From Tubiluchus corallicola (Eukaryota; Animalia; Priapulida): DNA of 64,000 bases. The stretch spans positions 1 through 64,000 of the forward strand of contig JAQGDQ010000317.1 of the NCBI GenBank assembly GCA_030141605.1. The letters are read 5' to 3'. The translations under genes and the position numbers were made by a program. The notes below the pieces were generated by a model. That model saw nothing but the letters and a program-made list of their open reading frames with translations. It was not told where the DNA came from and made no database searches. This document shows, one piece after another, positions 12,663 to 24,193 of this stretch (position 1 is the stretch's first letter; every line of letters begins with the position of its first letter).

Positions 12663-15600
12663 TCATACGTCTTCGTCTTGTTTTGAATCATTTTTCTTAT
12701 CGATGTACTCAACTAAAGAGCCTGTGTCTTGCGCACGTTCCATCAGTTTACGCCTAGCTTGTAGTAGACCAATACATGCCTTGAGATTTTGTGAAGCCAC
12801 TATTGCATTCGGAAGAAGAGTTATTCCACCTATCACGCACACAATTAAGGGGCCGACTGTTCGCACGGAATACCTCTGAAGGGCATATATAAGGGAATAT
12901 ATTGCAGCTGCTATTGCTACTGTAGAAAATACACCTAGAAGGGCGTAAGTTACGAAAGTTCGTTTTATCTTTTCTTCTTCCACTCTGTGGCCACATATAC
13001 CTAAAAACGTAAAAAATATATGTTATAAAGCTTGTTAACAAATTTACAAATCAAGAAAACGTGCGAGTTGAATAGTTAAAGCGGGTGAAACATAGGCGGT
13101 ACTAACCGGGGAGGGCTGCATCCCCCCCCCCCCGATTCGGGCAATCGCCAAATTTTTCGGGCACCGCAACAAATATTTTCATAAAAGGAAATCCAAAAAT
13201 TTCTCCGTGACGCCAAATGAAGAGCCCGAAATCTGGGCATTTTTTGATTATGGGGTAGGTTAAATATACACTTAGTTGTTTCTGTTGACTTAATTTATTA
13301 GCGATGGTTAGTTGACTGCGTGGCAATATATGGTGTCTATATGATTCACTCTCATAGAAACATTTGGGGTACTATGCAGATTTAGATAGCGCAATTTATT
13401 ATCAAGCGGAAACTATAACTGGCGTTCATGTTTACTGAATCATATACATAAATTACATACGCTTTTCCAAAACATATAAGAGCTAGTAACGCTTACCAAT
13501 TGGCAATATAAGATAGTTAATTCAGATAGCGCATTAGCAGTAAAATCATAGTTATATGGACAAGAACTGTACAATTTGACAGTAAAAAAATAAAGTGAAA
13601 TCAGAGCAAAATACCGAAGTAGTTTTCAAAAAAATGTGGCATGTAAGAGTAGCGACAAATGTCTTAAATGAATAATTAAAAACTTCTAACAAGCTCAATA
13701 CTATGGCAACCATGCAAGCTGATTGATTATTACATTACGAATTACAAATCTTCTAAACGTGAAATTTCTTCTACAACGCCAAACTCACAATTACGTAGAA
13801 CCAGTAGGCAGTTGACCGCTTGTACGAGTCCTTTGTTATTACATGCGATTCACTGTATTTGGCATGTGATTTAAACATTTAACCACTTCAAGTTTGGGAC
13901 TTGGGCGACATTGAGGGAAATTAAGGAACCGAAGTTCCCCTAATTAATTCACCTCATTTGTTTTGAGCGTTGGATTTTTTTCAGTAACATTCGCTCGTTT
14001 TTGAATCTCTGTTCGTGAAAACTGGCTCAAGTAATGTTATGTTGTATTGATATAATGATATCACTGCCACACAAGCTGATTATGCATTCTGATAATTTTG
14101 TCTGAAAACTCTCAACGTACAGACTCGTACCTCAAACTCGAAAGACCAATGGATCGCCTCACGACTAGAGTTAAGAGGAATAGTTTTTATGACTGGCAAC
14201 GCTGGTCAGTGAATGTCGAGTGATCAATAGGTTCAGTACTCGGTCTGGGAAGTTTCAGCTGCCTTGATGATTCTGGTAGATTACCTCTCTATGAGATGAT
14301 GCGGACGTACGTGGATATAAGACACCTCTAAGAAGGTGGTTAAGAGGTTGGCTGAATGTCTTGTCTCCGAGGATTATAACATAGAAACTGGTCCTACCAC
14401 AGTTATCCATATTAAGCAGAGCATCTGAGCTTACACGTTGTCGAGATGCATAAAAAACAACCATTTTATGTGCGTTCTGCATTACAGTTGGTCACATTCA
14501 CACAAAGGTTAAAAATACTGTTTCCCGTGCAGAGTTTTATGAACCTTGACAACTTCTTCAAACCTGGCACAGCCAGGTCCGGTATTCCATCACTTTCAGT
14601 TATTCGCAGAGGACTAATTAACTGTGCAGTACTTTCACTTGACACCCACTCAGCCTTCCTAATGACGTCAGTGTGTTGGCCTTGTAGGACTAATTAACCG
14701 TGGCGTTCATTTAACACTTGCCACTCCATTGAGTTATATATATAGTTACAATAAATGGCATTAATAAGGCAGTCTCTCATTTTATGTAACAGCTATATTG
14801 TGGGCATGCTATAGTTATTACCTGCTCAAAGCACATCAAAATTTTGGATACTGACTGTTTTCAAAATATTGGATCGTCACAACAGGCGCATACCTGTGTA
14901 GACGACGGCATATATTACAACATATTAAGCCTATAACTGTAGCAGTCAGTAACTAAACACGATGCGGCAGCCAGTAGGTGAAGAGTGCGACGCGGCGAAG
15001 TTGGCATGATTGCGCGGCAGCGGTCGCCCATATGCCCTATATTAAGCTAAACTGAATAAAACGCTGTTGCGTGAAATCAACCAGTATAGGCCTACTGTGA
15101 AAAACATAAGCAGAACAAAACGCGTGTGGGGTTTGAGTATAATTCTTGTTATCTACAAAGTGAAAACGTTAATGTAAACGTATTGTGGATATGAATGTGA
15201 GTGTGAATATTAATGTGAATGTGAGCCCATTATGAAAGTGAACTGGCGCGAAATACGTACACAAAGTAATGCTAATTAAGGAGACAGTGGGTGCAACTAG
15301 GATAAAATCAATGATAATAATGCAATAATGCATCTAGTAATTTAACTGTATTCTATCATACAGTGACTACAACATAAAACTGACCTGCAAGCAAACTGAA
15401 GCCGCCTGATAAGATAACCATGATCAATAGCACAGCTAATGGCGAAAAGTCGTTCAGTTCCCGTGTTAAGACATGAAGAATGATAATCGAGAAGGGCACA
15501 ACGATTAGTATTACACCAGAAAATATCACGCCCTTGGATGTCTTTCGCACTACCTGGAGGTGGTGATCGAGCACCTCGTGAGTGTCACGCGGTCCGGATT

Positions 15601-15688
15601 TATGTTCCGGCCACCTCCACGAAAACATAAGTAGATTTTTATAAAATCGTCGATGCTGCTTAAAAAACCATCTAAATCTCAGGTACAT
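12663..15688 (-). CDS. Two-exon, about 213 aa four-transmembrane protein (loosely MS4A/CD20- or TMEM196-like; family uncertain)
   Basis: Exon 15688-15385 ends GCAG|gtcagt (phase 1) and joins exon 13000-12663 (ttttag|GT) in frame, giving ...SGGFSLLA-G-ICGHRVEEEK... Four hydrophobic segments and a charged C-terminal tail. Confidence 0.65.
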
Positions 15689-15819
15689 TCAAACGCACAG
15701 CGTATTAATTTAGTATGTCTCACTTTGTTGTTTCCAAAACACTTGCCATTGCGAAATTGATTTATGCGCTGCAGTAATTAACGGTATCTGTAATTAAACT
15801 TTCTCTGCACGTTTCTTAG

Positions 15820-16075
15820 TAATACTGCATCTTCGTGGAGTTGATTCTAAACAACTAAATGAGGAGGTCAATAGCTCGTGTGGCTTCTCGAGCGACTGTG
15901 CATAGCGCGAGCTAATGGCTTCAGCAATGGATAGAAAGTGAGCGCCATCACGTGATCGTGGAAGCAAACGCTGCTTGACCAAGGCAAAGCAGAGGTCAAC
16001 AGTTAAGCGGCTCGAAACTACCACGAGAACTGTAAATCTGTGATGTGTTAAAAACTGAATCAAACGAAAACGCAA
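15820..16075. promoter_or_regulatory. Putative promoter (CpG-enriched, with a palindromic E-box) upstream of the 4TM gene, possibly shared with PNKP-1
   Basis: Local CpG enrichment in an AT-rich background and the palindrome ATCACGTGAT at 15947-15956, between divergently oriented genes. Confidence 0.3.
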
Positions 16076-19013
16076 TAAATTTTATTTATATTTTGCATGT
16101 ACGTTCAAGAACGTGGCATATTAACCTACACGATAAATTCGAATATTCAGAATTCTAATATTCGACATCATAATTAATGATGCTTCTGTAATGGTGCGTT
16201 TTACCAGGGAGTCTCGGATCGATGTGCTGGTAAAACTATATTTATAGTAATCGCAACGTTTCTTACTGATTACAAGATTCCCAACAATTGTAATTGTATT
16301 TGCAATTGCGAATTTGAAAAGACGTGCAATCTTAATAATTATAATGGCGATTTTGTGGAAAAAGTTCAATTGTAAGTGTAATAATTGTAGTCAAATCGGA
16401 CTTAAACGCAATAAAAAAGCATATTATGAATTTTAAAAAAAGAAGAGCTTGTTTGCTCTGTGAATACTTTTTCCTTGTTATTCCCCTATTATTTTTTATT
16501 TACGGCCCTTATCCAGAGCTGGCCTATAGCTATTATTTTATTGGTGTGACCAAACCTTCTTTTCATAGCCGTTATAAAATTATTATAATAGCTTCTCATC
16601 ACAATAGGTGTTGAATTATGTTGATAAGTAACAATTTTGAAAAGTTGTGTACCATTGCTCTACATTTCACCTAAGTTTATCCTGTAATACAGCAAGTTAA
16701 GAATGTCTATAAAATTTACTTTATATGAATAATTGTTTATTTTTATACTAATGACGATAGTAATATACGGAGCAGACGTAAGCGATTTGACTTGAGCAAA
16801 CAGCTAGCCTAAGTACAAACAAGTGGGCCATGTACATTGTACAAGCCCTACTACGAATTCATACGATATTTATTTTGTTTTTATTTTCTTGCAACAGGTG
16901 GCGCACGTAGCCCGCTGGCCATGTGGCTTCTGAGTGTAAAGTGAGCACTAGAAGTAGTGAGGAGCGGACCGGATCAGACTAAGACCCGCAAGTTTTTTGC
17001 GGATTGTATTGTATTGCGGATCTATATTGATGATAAGAAAATGCGGACATATGCAGCTCAAAAATGGCGGTTGGACTTTGGATCTTTGCTTATTTTGATT
17101 TTTCATTAATGTTAATCTCGCTAGATAACAAATGTGCGCATTGCAGGAAGAAAATGATAGACTGACACTCATCATAAGCTACCAGGTTGAATAACAATGA
17201 AATGAAAATAATAATTAGTTTAATAATAATTAATCATTAAACGAACGCACTACTGTACCAGTAGTTACTGTAGTAGTAGCTGCAGCAGCAGTAGAAAAAT
17301 CTTTTATTTGCTATTAAAAATACTAATTCGAAATTAATAACATGAGATTCTAACATGTTCTAAAAAACGTATTCTAAAAGAAAATATTCTAACATTCCTT
17401 CTTACAGTTGTAATTAACCAATGAAAATAAAGCCACCTAAGTAGACACGCTGTAACAGAGTGCAGTTTCCACTGATTTAAAGTATTTTTGTTTATTTATG
17501 CAGATTAGCTAATGCAGATTATTATACGGAATTGAATTAAAAATAGCAGATTTGAACCTTGCGAATCAGGACGGAACGCGGATTTGAATTAATTTTGTAG
17601 AGCCGTGCGGATCGATATTAATTGCAAAATGCGGATTTTTAGCGAACTGCGAGTTTCATCCTTGCGGACCAAGTTTTTTGCGGATCGGAAAATTATTCGA
17701 ACCAGGTAAAACTAGTGTGCAGTAGGTTTCATCTATGTTAAGTTTTCTAAATTGGCTCATTTATTCACCGTATATAAATTTGACTTCACAACTAATACAC
17801 ATAGTCTTACGGCTCTGGCCAGACATTATTTTTGGTAATTCTAGTAATGTTCAACTGTGTGCAACAGACATGGAGAAGAATGGAAGAAAAATGTCAACTC
17901 AGATCTATAGTATAGAAAAACAGTGAAAACGAAGGATTGGGTCCATCCACATAATAACGATATCAAGTTTAGGGTAGATAGGTCACAGGGGACATAATAA
18001 CGTCGTTATAACGCCGAGTAGGTAACATAATCTCTATTTTGTCTTGATACAAGGTAGGTGATTTAGTCATGATATTGTTATCTGAGTTAACGTTTTTTTC
18101 CAACTCTGCTTGTGCCAGCAGCAGCTACCACCGATGCTAGTAAAATCCACTGATGGTTTCCCGTTAATTAACACAAGTGATGTTGTTGCATGTTAATTGT
18201 TTATGGCCGATTTTGCTATGCAAGCACACATATAATATAACTGTTGTCAATCTGAAACTGTGAAGTTATACTGTATAAATGGGTTCTAATTTAATGCTAT
18301 GTCTAAATTTTAAGTCTTTTTGTCCACTTGTTTTAAAAGAAAACCAGAAGATTGTGTAGACATTAGTTCAACATAAAGTATGCAGTAAAATATTGAAAGA
18401 TTCAGCAGCTTTTTTTTAAATCAAAACTTAGATTAAATTATAATTACCTCTGATAGTTAAATTTAGTTAAACTTTCAAAGCTACGTGCGCCTCAACTTAT
18501 CAACTAAGACTGGCAATGATGCCTTTTTGTCACATTTGTATGGCCCACAAATAGACAGTACCGTGATAAGCATGATCACGAACTGCAGTGTTCATCTGTG
18601 TCGTAGAGCTCATGTTCATGACATCACATCAGCGTTTTATAGCAATCTTCGCTTACGCAAATGTGCTTGACGCGTAGGGAAGATGCCTACCAAACTGTGG
18701 TTACTTTGTGACATAAGCGATAGCTCTGTTCAGTTGCTTTTAATTAACTTTACAAGGTGATTCTAATCAATTGTCTGGTTTTCTTTTAAATTAACTTGTC
18801 TCAATTTTCCCAACTTTTGTAAATGTATTTTTTAAATATTCAGTATAATCCTGAATATTGCCTACAACAGTTTCTTACATGTAGCCTATCATTCTTCTAA
18901 ATATGTACAACTTGTGCAATAAAGAATTATATAGATATATGTCATATGATGATGTCACTGAAGAAGCTTCTATAACATTGTTTTTTATTGCATTTTTCTT
19001 ATCTTTTCAGAGG

Positions 19014-20918
19014 ATGTCTGCTGTGCGCTTTGCACTTAATCCTCTTAATTCGGAGGTTGCAGCAAAGAACTTAATCGATAATAAACCAGTTATAATTGGC
19101 AGAAGTGCTGCACTAGGCATTACAGATAAAAAGTGCTCGAAGAGTCAGTTAGAAATCACAGCAAATTCTGATGAAGCAAGTATACTGGTGCGCCACCTAG
19201 GTACTAGTTTTTCCACTGTGGGAAATCATACTCTTTACAAAGGTGACATTGTTTCTGCTTTCCCTGGTGATATTATTTGTGTTTTACAAGACAAGTATAA
19301 ATTCAAAGTCGTCTTTGGTGATGGCATGTGTGTACAAAGAGGTGTGCCTCTTTCCGCTGAAGTGATGCAAACTAATCAAATGCATAGCAGAGAACATTTG
19401 CATTGTGATAAGTTGCCAACAAAAAAATTGTGTGCTCAAAAACTGAAAAAGCGGTCTCTTGAAACTTGCAGCGCTAGTAATGCAAATGTCATTGCAGGGA
19501 CAAAGGAAACACATGCTAGCCAAATCACTAATTATTTTGCTGCCCAAGATTGTGCCAAAATAAATTCCACTAGACATTCCAGTAAGAAACTGAAACTTGT
19601 ACCTGAAGACCATTTGCAACTATGTCAACAAGTTAGTAGCGATGAAGAAGAGAAAGAAGCAGAAAGAAAACTGGAGCAAATGAGAGCAACGCTGCAACCA
19701 CGAAAACAAGAATGCTCAACTAATAGTTCTGCTAGTGTTACAGGCAGTCAGATATCAAAAACGACATCTCCTGGTTGGAGAGAAATCAATAGTAAACTCT
19801 ACATGTATAATGCCAAAAGTTTGACTTCCTCAAGTAAAATAGCCTGTTTTGACCTTGACGGAACAATTATTACAACTAAATCTGGGAAAGTGTTTCCCAC
19901 TAATACCACCGACTGGTGTTTTTTACTACCGGAAGTTCCTGGTAAACTCAAGCAACTTTCAAAGGAAGGCTATAAAGTTGTATTTATGACCAATCAAAAA
20001 GGAATTGCAAAAGGCAAAATACACATCAAAGATTTCCAGTTTAAGATTGAGACTGTTGTTCAAAAGTTAGGCATTCCCATACAAGTACTTGTTTCTACTG
20101 GTTCTGGAATCTATCGAAAGCCCGTAACAGGTATGTGGCAGTACCTAAGTGAGTGCAGTAATGATGGCATTGTCGTAGATTTGTCTACTAGCTTTTACTG
20201 CGGTGATGCTGCCGGAAGGCAGGTTAACTGGATGCCTGGAAAGAAAAAGGATTTTTCTTGCAGTGATAGACTTTTCGCTTTAAACATTGGCATTCAGTTC
20301 TGCACACCAGAAGAATTTTTCTTAAATCAGAAACAAACACAGAATTACACTTTACCAAATTTTAATCCTGCACTGCTAAAAGATTCTGACCCACTTTGCG
20401 ATCCACCAGGTTCTAAAATTGTTTCTTTTTCTCAAGAACTGATTGTTTGTGTTGGGTATCCTGCGTCAGGTAAAAGCTTCTTTGTTGCTGAACACCTTGT
20501 ACCTGCTGGTTATGTCCAAGTGAACAGAGATATGCTTGGAAGCTGGCAGAAATGTGTAGCTCGCTGCCGCATGGCTCTATCTCAAAAACAAAGCGTAGTT
20601 GTTGACAACACTAACCCAGATCGAGAATCCAGAAACCGATACACTGAGTGCGCAAAGGAAGTTGGTGTACCTGTCCGTTGCTTTTTGTTTACTGCTTCAC
20701 AGGAGCATTCTCGTCACAACAATGAGTTTCGACATCTGTTTGGTACGGATAAAGTTCATGCACCTGTGAATGACATGGTTATAAATGCGTACAAATCCAA
20801 ATTTACTGAACCAAGCCTTAATGAAGGATTTAATTCAATTGTTAAAATTAATTTTGTGCCCAGGTTTGAAGAAAAGGAACTTAAAATGATGTATCATCGA
20901 TATATCTTGGATAGATAG
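19014..20918 (+). CDS. PNKP: Bifunctional polynucleotide phosphatase/kinase, FHA-containing copy (PNKP-1, about 634 aa), CDS in a single exon
   Basis: FHA (IIGRSAALGITDKKCSKSQLEI), HAD motif DLDGT, TNQKG, RKP.TGMW, GDAAGR, DFSCSDR, P-loop GYPASGKS, VNRD, DNTNPD. A polypyrimidine tract and cag acceptor end at 19010, just before ATG 19014, so the ORF extension from 18903 is probably intronic. Confidence 0.93.
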   Translation: MSAVRFALNPLNSEVAAKNLIDNKPVIIGRSAALGITDKKCSKSQLEITANSDEASILVRHLGTSFSTVGNHTLYKGDIVSAFPGDIICVLQDKYKFKVVFGDGMCVQRGVPLSAEVMQTNQMHSREHLHCDKLPTKKLCAQKLKKRSLETCSASNANVIAGTKETHASQITNYFAAQDCAKINSTRHSSKKLKLVPEDHLQLCQQVSSDEEEKEAERKLEQMRATLQPRKQECSTNSSASVTGSQISKTTSPGWREINSKLYMYNAKSLTSSSKIACFDLDGTIITTKSGKVFPTNTTDWCFLLPEVPGKLKQLSKEGYKVVFMTNQKGIAKGKIHIKDFQFKIETVVQKLGIPIQVLVSTGSGIYRKPVTGMWQYLSECSNDGIVVDLSTSFYCGDAAGRQVNWMPGKKKDFSCSDRLFALNIGIQFCTPEEFFLNQKQTQNYTLPNFNPALLKDSDPLCDPPGSKIVSFSQELIVCVGYPASGKSFFVAEHLVPAGYVQVNRDMLGSWQKCVARCRMALSQKQSVVVDNTNPDRESRNRYTECAKEVGVPVRCFLFTASQEHSRHNNEFRHLFGTDKVHAPVNDMVINAYKSKFTEPSLNEGFNSIVKINFVPRFEEKELKMMYHRYILDR

Positions 20919-21447
20919 CGCCATGTTATACTATATCAACACACGTGGTGCCATGTTATCACATCAGATTGACTTTTTAGAGGCACTAGCGACTAGCTAG
21001 TCACATATAACATAATAGACTAGAATGTGTCTTATTTAAGCTGCTTGCCAATTCCCAGTGTTCAGTTAATGCAGAGCAATAAACTTTGGGAAAAATTGAG
21101 AATTAGGTTTTTTTTCAATAGCTACTAGTCACTAATAACTACAAATTAGTAGTAAATATTCATAACTGCTATAGGCTTGTTCAGTGTTTGAATTGTTCAT
21201 TTACAGACTTGTTCCTATTTTACAATGCTTGTTGCTGCTTGTTCATATTTGCTGGTGGACCTTGATCTGTTTAACTACTTGAGTGTAGAAAGTGTTGTTA
21301 TGGCTGTGACATAGTAGTACAATGATCACATTCGTTACCTAACTTGCTCAGTGAAAGCAGTCGGCTTTTCAAACACAGGTCTAATTGTCTAGAGGAAATA
21401 CCGGTGTTTCATACAGTCATTGCGAACATCGTTTTTGCTTTAACAAA

Positions 21448-24193
21448 ATGCCTAGAAAGAGGCTTCAGGTACGTTACAGTTATTGTAACTAGTCTTTTTT
21501 CAAATTTAGTGAATTAATTGCTCTGTTTAAAGTATTGTGTACGTTAATCAAAATTTATCCACATTAGCGCAACATGCAATGTGTGTGCTGTCAGTTACAC
21601 AGATGCAGAGCAAAGCTACATAATTTTACCGATTTGCATTTAACATTGGTATACATAAATTGCTGTCTTTGTAGTTTGACTTAAATCAGCTCTGTTTCTA
21701 CGCTAAGTATTCGATAAGTTGTCAGGAAACTTGTTGTGCTTGTTTACTGCTAATATACCTCGTTAGTTTTAATGTTGGTTGATTACTTATTATCAAGTGT
21801 AAATTAGGTCTGTTGCATGTAGTTGTTGCTTTAATAGTCTATAAAATTTGACTCGTGTTACGTAGGTTCTTAGCTTCAACCAAAATTTTGGACTAATCAT
21901 TTTCGTACAACAGAAAGTGTGTTTTATGTACAACAGAATGTTTCAAATTAACCTTTACGTCTGGTTATTGAGGCTTAAATCTGCAGCTAAAATTCTGGTT
22001 TTTTGTATGCTTCATTGAAATGTCAAAAAAAAACTTTTTGCAATAGAACTACTTTACTTTTGTGGAAGTTCTGTATACAGTTTGGCGAGGCAAGCCAGTA
22101 TCCTCTCATTGCAAGCCATATCCTGCACTCAGCAACAGGGCCTAATTCATATGTTAGCGGCTATGGCTGGACTGAAAACTGTTAATTATCCGCGATACTT
22201 CTGTAACATTTGATACTAATTCTGCTACATTCTGATGCCAACAGATTTTCCATTATTGAGAGAAATAATCAAAGACAGTACTACATATTTAGAAGTGAAT
22301 TTTCTGGCGGTTACCTATTCATTCCCATACTAACTAGACTGGGAGTTCCTTAATTAACTTTGATCATTCAGTATATATTGTAATCTCTTAGTTACCCTTC
22401 CTGTCGTGGATGTTAATAGGTTTTATACCAGCAAAGCACGTAGCTAATTATATATGACTGCATAACCAATTAGTCCTCATTAGTACTGCACATACATAAT
22501 CCATTCAAATTATTCCTGTGGAATGAGCTTATCGAGTAATACAATACTTCGTATTGATTTTGCAATATGTAACTAGACAACTGCTGCAACTCACATAAAG
22601 CTACCAACCAGCAATTAAGCAGTTTTAACTATTCCTGTCATGCTACGTATCATGGTTTTGCAAAGAGTTCTGCCTATAATTATTGTCTGCTGTTTTACAT
22701 TTGCAATGATTTTTGAAGCATAGTGTTATGATGAATTTGCTACATTCACTTTATTGTGCCTATTTTTTGTTGCTTGTTGCATGAAGTTATCTAATATTTG
22801 TTACTTGTTGTTATGTATGTTGTGGTAAGGTTACTGTTCTGTGATGTTACAGACAAGATCTACAAAAAGGAAAAGTAAATCCCCGACTGATGCTTCAGTA
22901 GTGAAAAGACCTAATTTTGAGACTGAAAACCCACTAAAAGATGATCAAAAATCTCGAAAGGCAGAAGAGACTACAGGGAATCCTTCAAAAAAGCAAACAG
23001 AATCTACAAAAGGATTGTCAAAAATGGCAGCAACATCAAAGTTGCCAGAATGGACTGAAAAAGATGGCAAACTTTACGTATACACACCAAGTGATACAAA
23101 ACCATCTAGTAAAGCTGCATGCTTTGATATTGATGGAACGATCATCACCACCAAGTCTGGGCGAGTGTTTCCCATGAACACAAGTGACTGGCGCCTTCTG
23201 TTTCCTGAAGTCTCTAGTAAACTTAAGCAATTTTCAGCTGATGGATACAAAGTTGTATTTATTACAAACCAGAAAGGAATTGCCAAAGGTAAAGTTCGTA
23301 TCCAAGACTTTAAGAAGAAAGTAGAAGCTATTGTGAAACAACTGGGCATTCCAGTACAGGTGCTTATTTCAACTGGTTGTGCAGTTTACCGAAAACCTGT
23401 AACTGGTATGTGGCAATATCTTCGTATGCAGTGTAATCAAGGCGTCCCGATAGATACACGTGCAAGTTTTTATTGTGGCGATGCTGCGGGAAGACATGAT
23501 AAATGGATGCCAGGAAAGAAGAAAGATTTTTCCTGCAGTGACAGACTTTTTGCTTTGAACATAGGCATTCAATTTTATACTCCCGAAGAGTTGTTCTTGA
23601 ACCAAGAGCCAACACAAGAATTTAGTTTGCCGGCTTTCAATCCAACACTTTTGAAGAGAACTGGTCCACTTTGCAGCCCTCCTGATACTAATGTTGCATC
23701 TTCATGTCAAGAACTGATTGTCTGTGTTGGCTTACCGGGATCAGGTAAAAGTTTTTTTGTTAAACACTACCTTTTACCCGCTGGCTATGTTCATGTGAAC
23801 AGAGACATTCTTGGGACATGGCAGAAATGTGTTGCTCTTTGTGAGCAATCTCTATCCCAGGGACAGAGTGTCGTTATTGACAACACTAATGTGGACAAGG
23901 AGTCTAGGCAACGATACGTAGAGTGTGCAAAAGAAGCTGGTGTGCCTTGTCGCTGTTTCCTGCTAACTACGTCACTTGACCATTGCCGACATAACAACGA
24001 ATTCAGACTCTTGATTGGTACAGACAAAGCACATGCTACAGTGAATGATATGGTAATGAGGATGTTGAATAAAAAGTTCCAGGATCCAGAGAAAAGTGAG
24101 GGCTTTGACTCTATTGTTCAAATTAATTTTTGTCCGCAAATTCAGAAAAAGGAACAACAGGAAATATATTATAACTACATTTTAGAGAAATGA
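21448..24193 (+). CDS. PNKP: Second PNKP paralog lacking FHA (PNKP-2, about 453 aa)
   Basis: Main exon 22853-24193 (ttacag|ACA) has DIDGT, GDAAGR, DFSCSDR, GLPGSGKS, DNTNVD intact. Predicted micro first exon 21448-21468 (caaaATG..CAG|gtacgt = MPRKRLQ, phase 0) joins in frame. The first exon is less certain than the main exon. Confidence 0.87.

Noticed and set aside
13095-13250. GC-rich GGGCTGCATCCCCCCC/TTCGGGCA segment
   Set aside because: It looks like one end of a non-autonomous DNA element, but I could not find the matching end.
13495-13720. Possible extra exons of the 4TM gene
   Set aside because: The candidate splice sites give stops or incompatible phases, and the two-exon model is already in frame.
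14200-14700. GC-richer intronic island (snoRNA or TE?)
   Set aside because: No convincing C/D or H/ACA box arrangement, TIRs or recognisable protein.
16970-17700. Clusters of GCGGA(T/C) motifs
   Set aside because: Probably decayed MITE subterminal repeats, but no TIR or TSD could be delimited.
18903-19010. N-terminal 37 aa of the 671-aa ORF
   Set aside because: It reads through a polypyrimidine tract and cag acceptor, so it is most likely intron.
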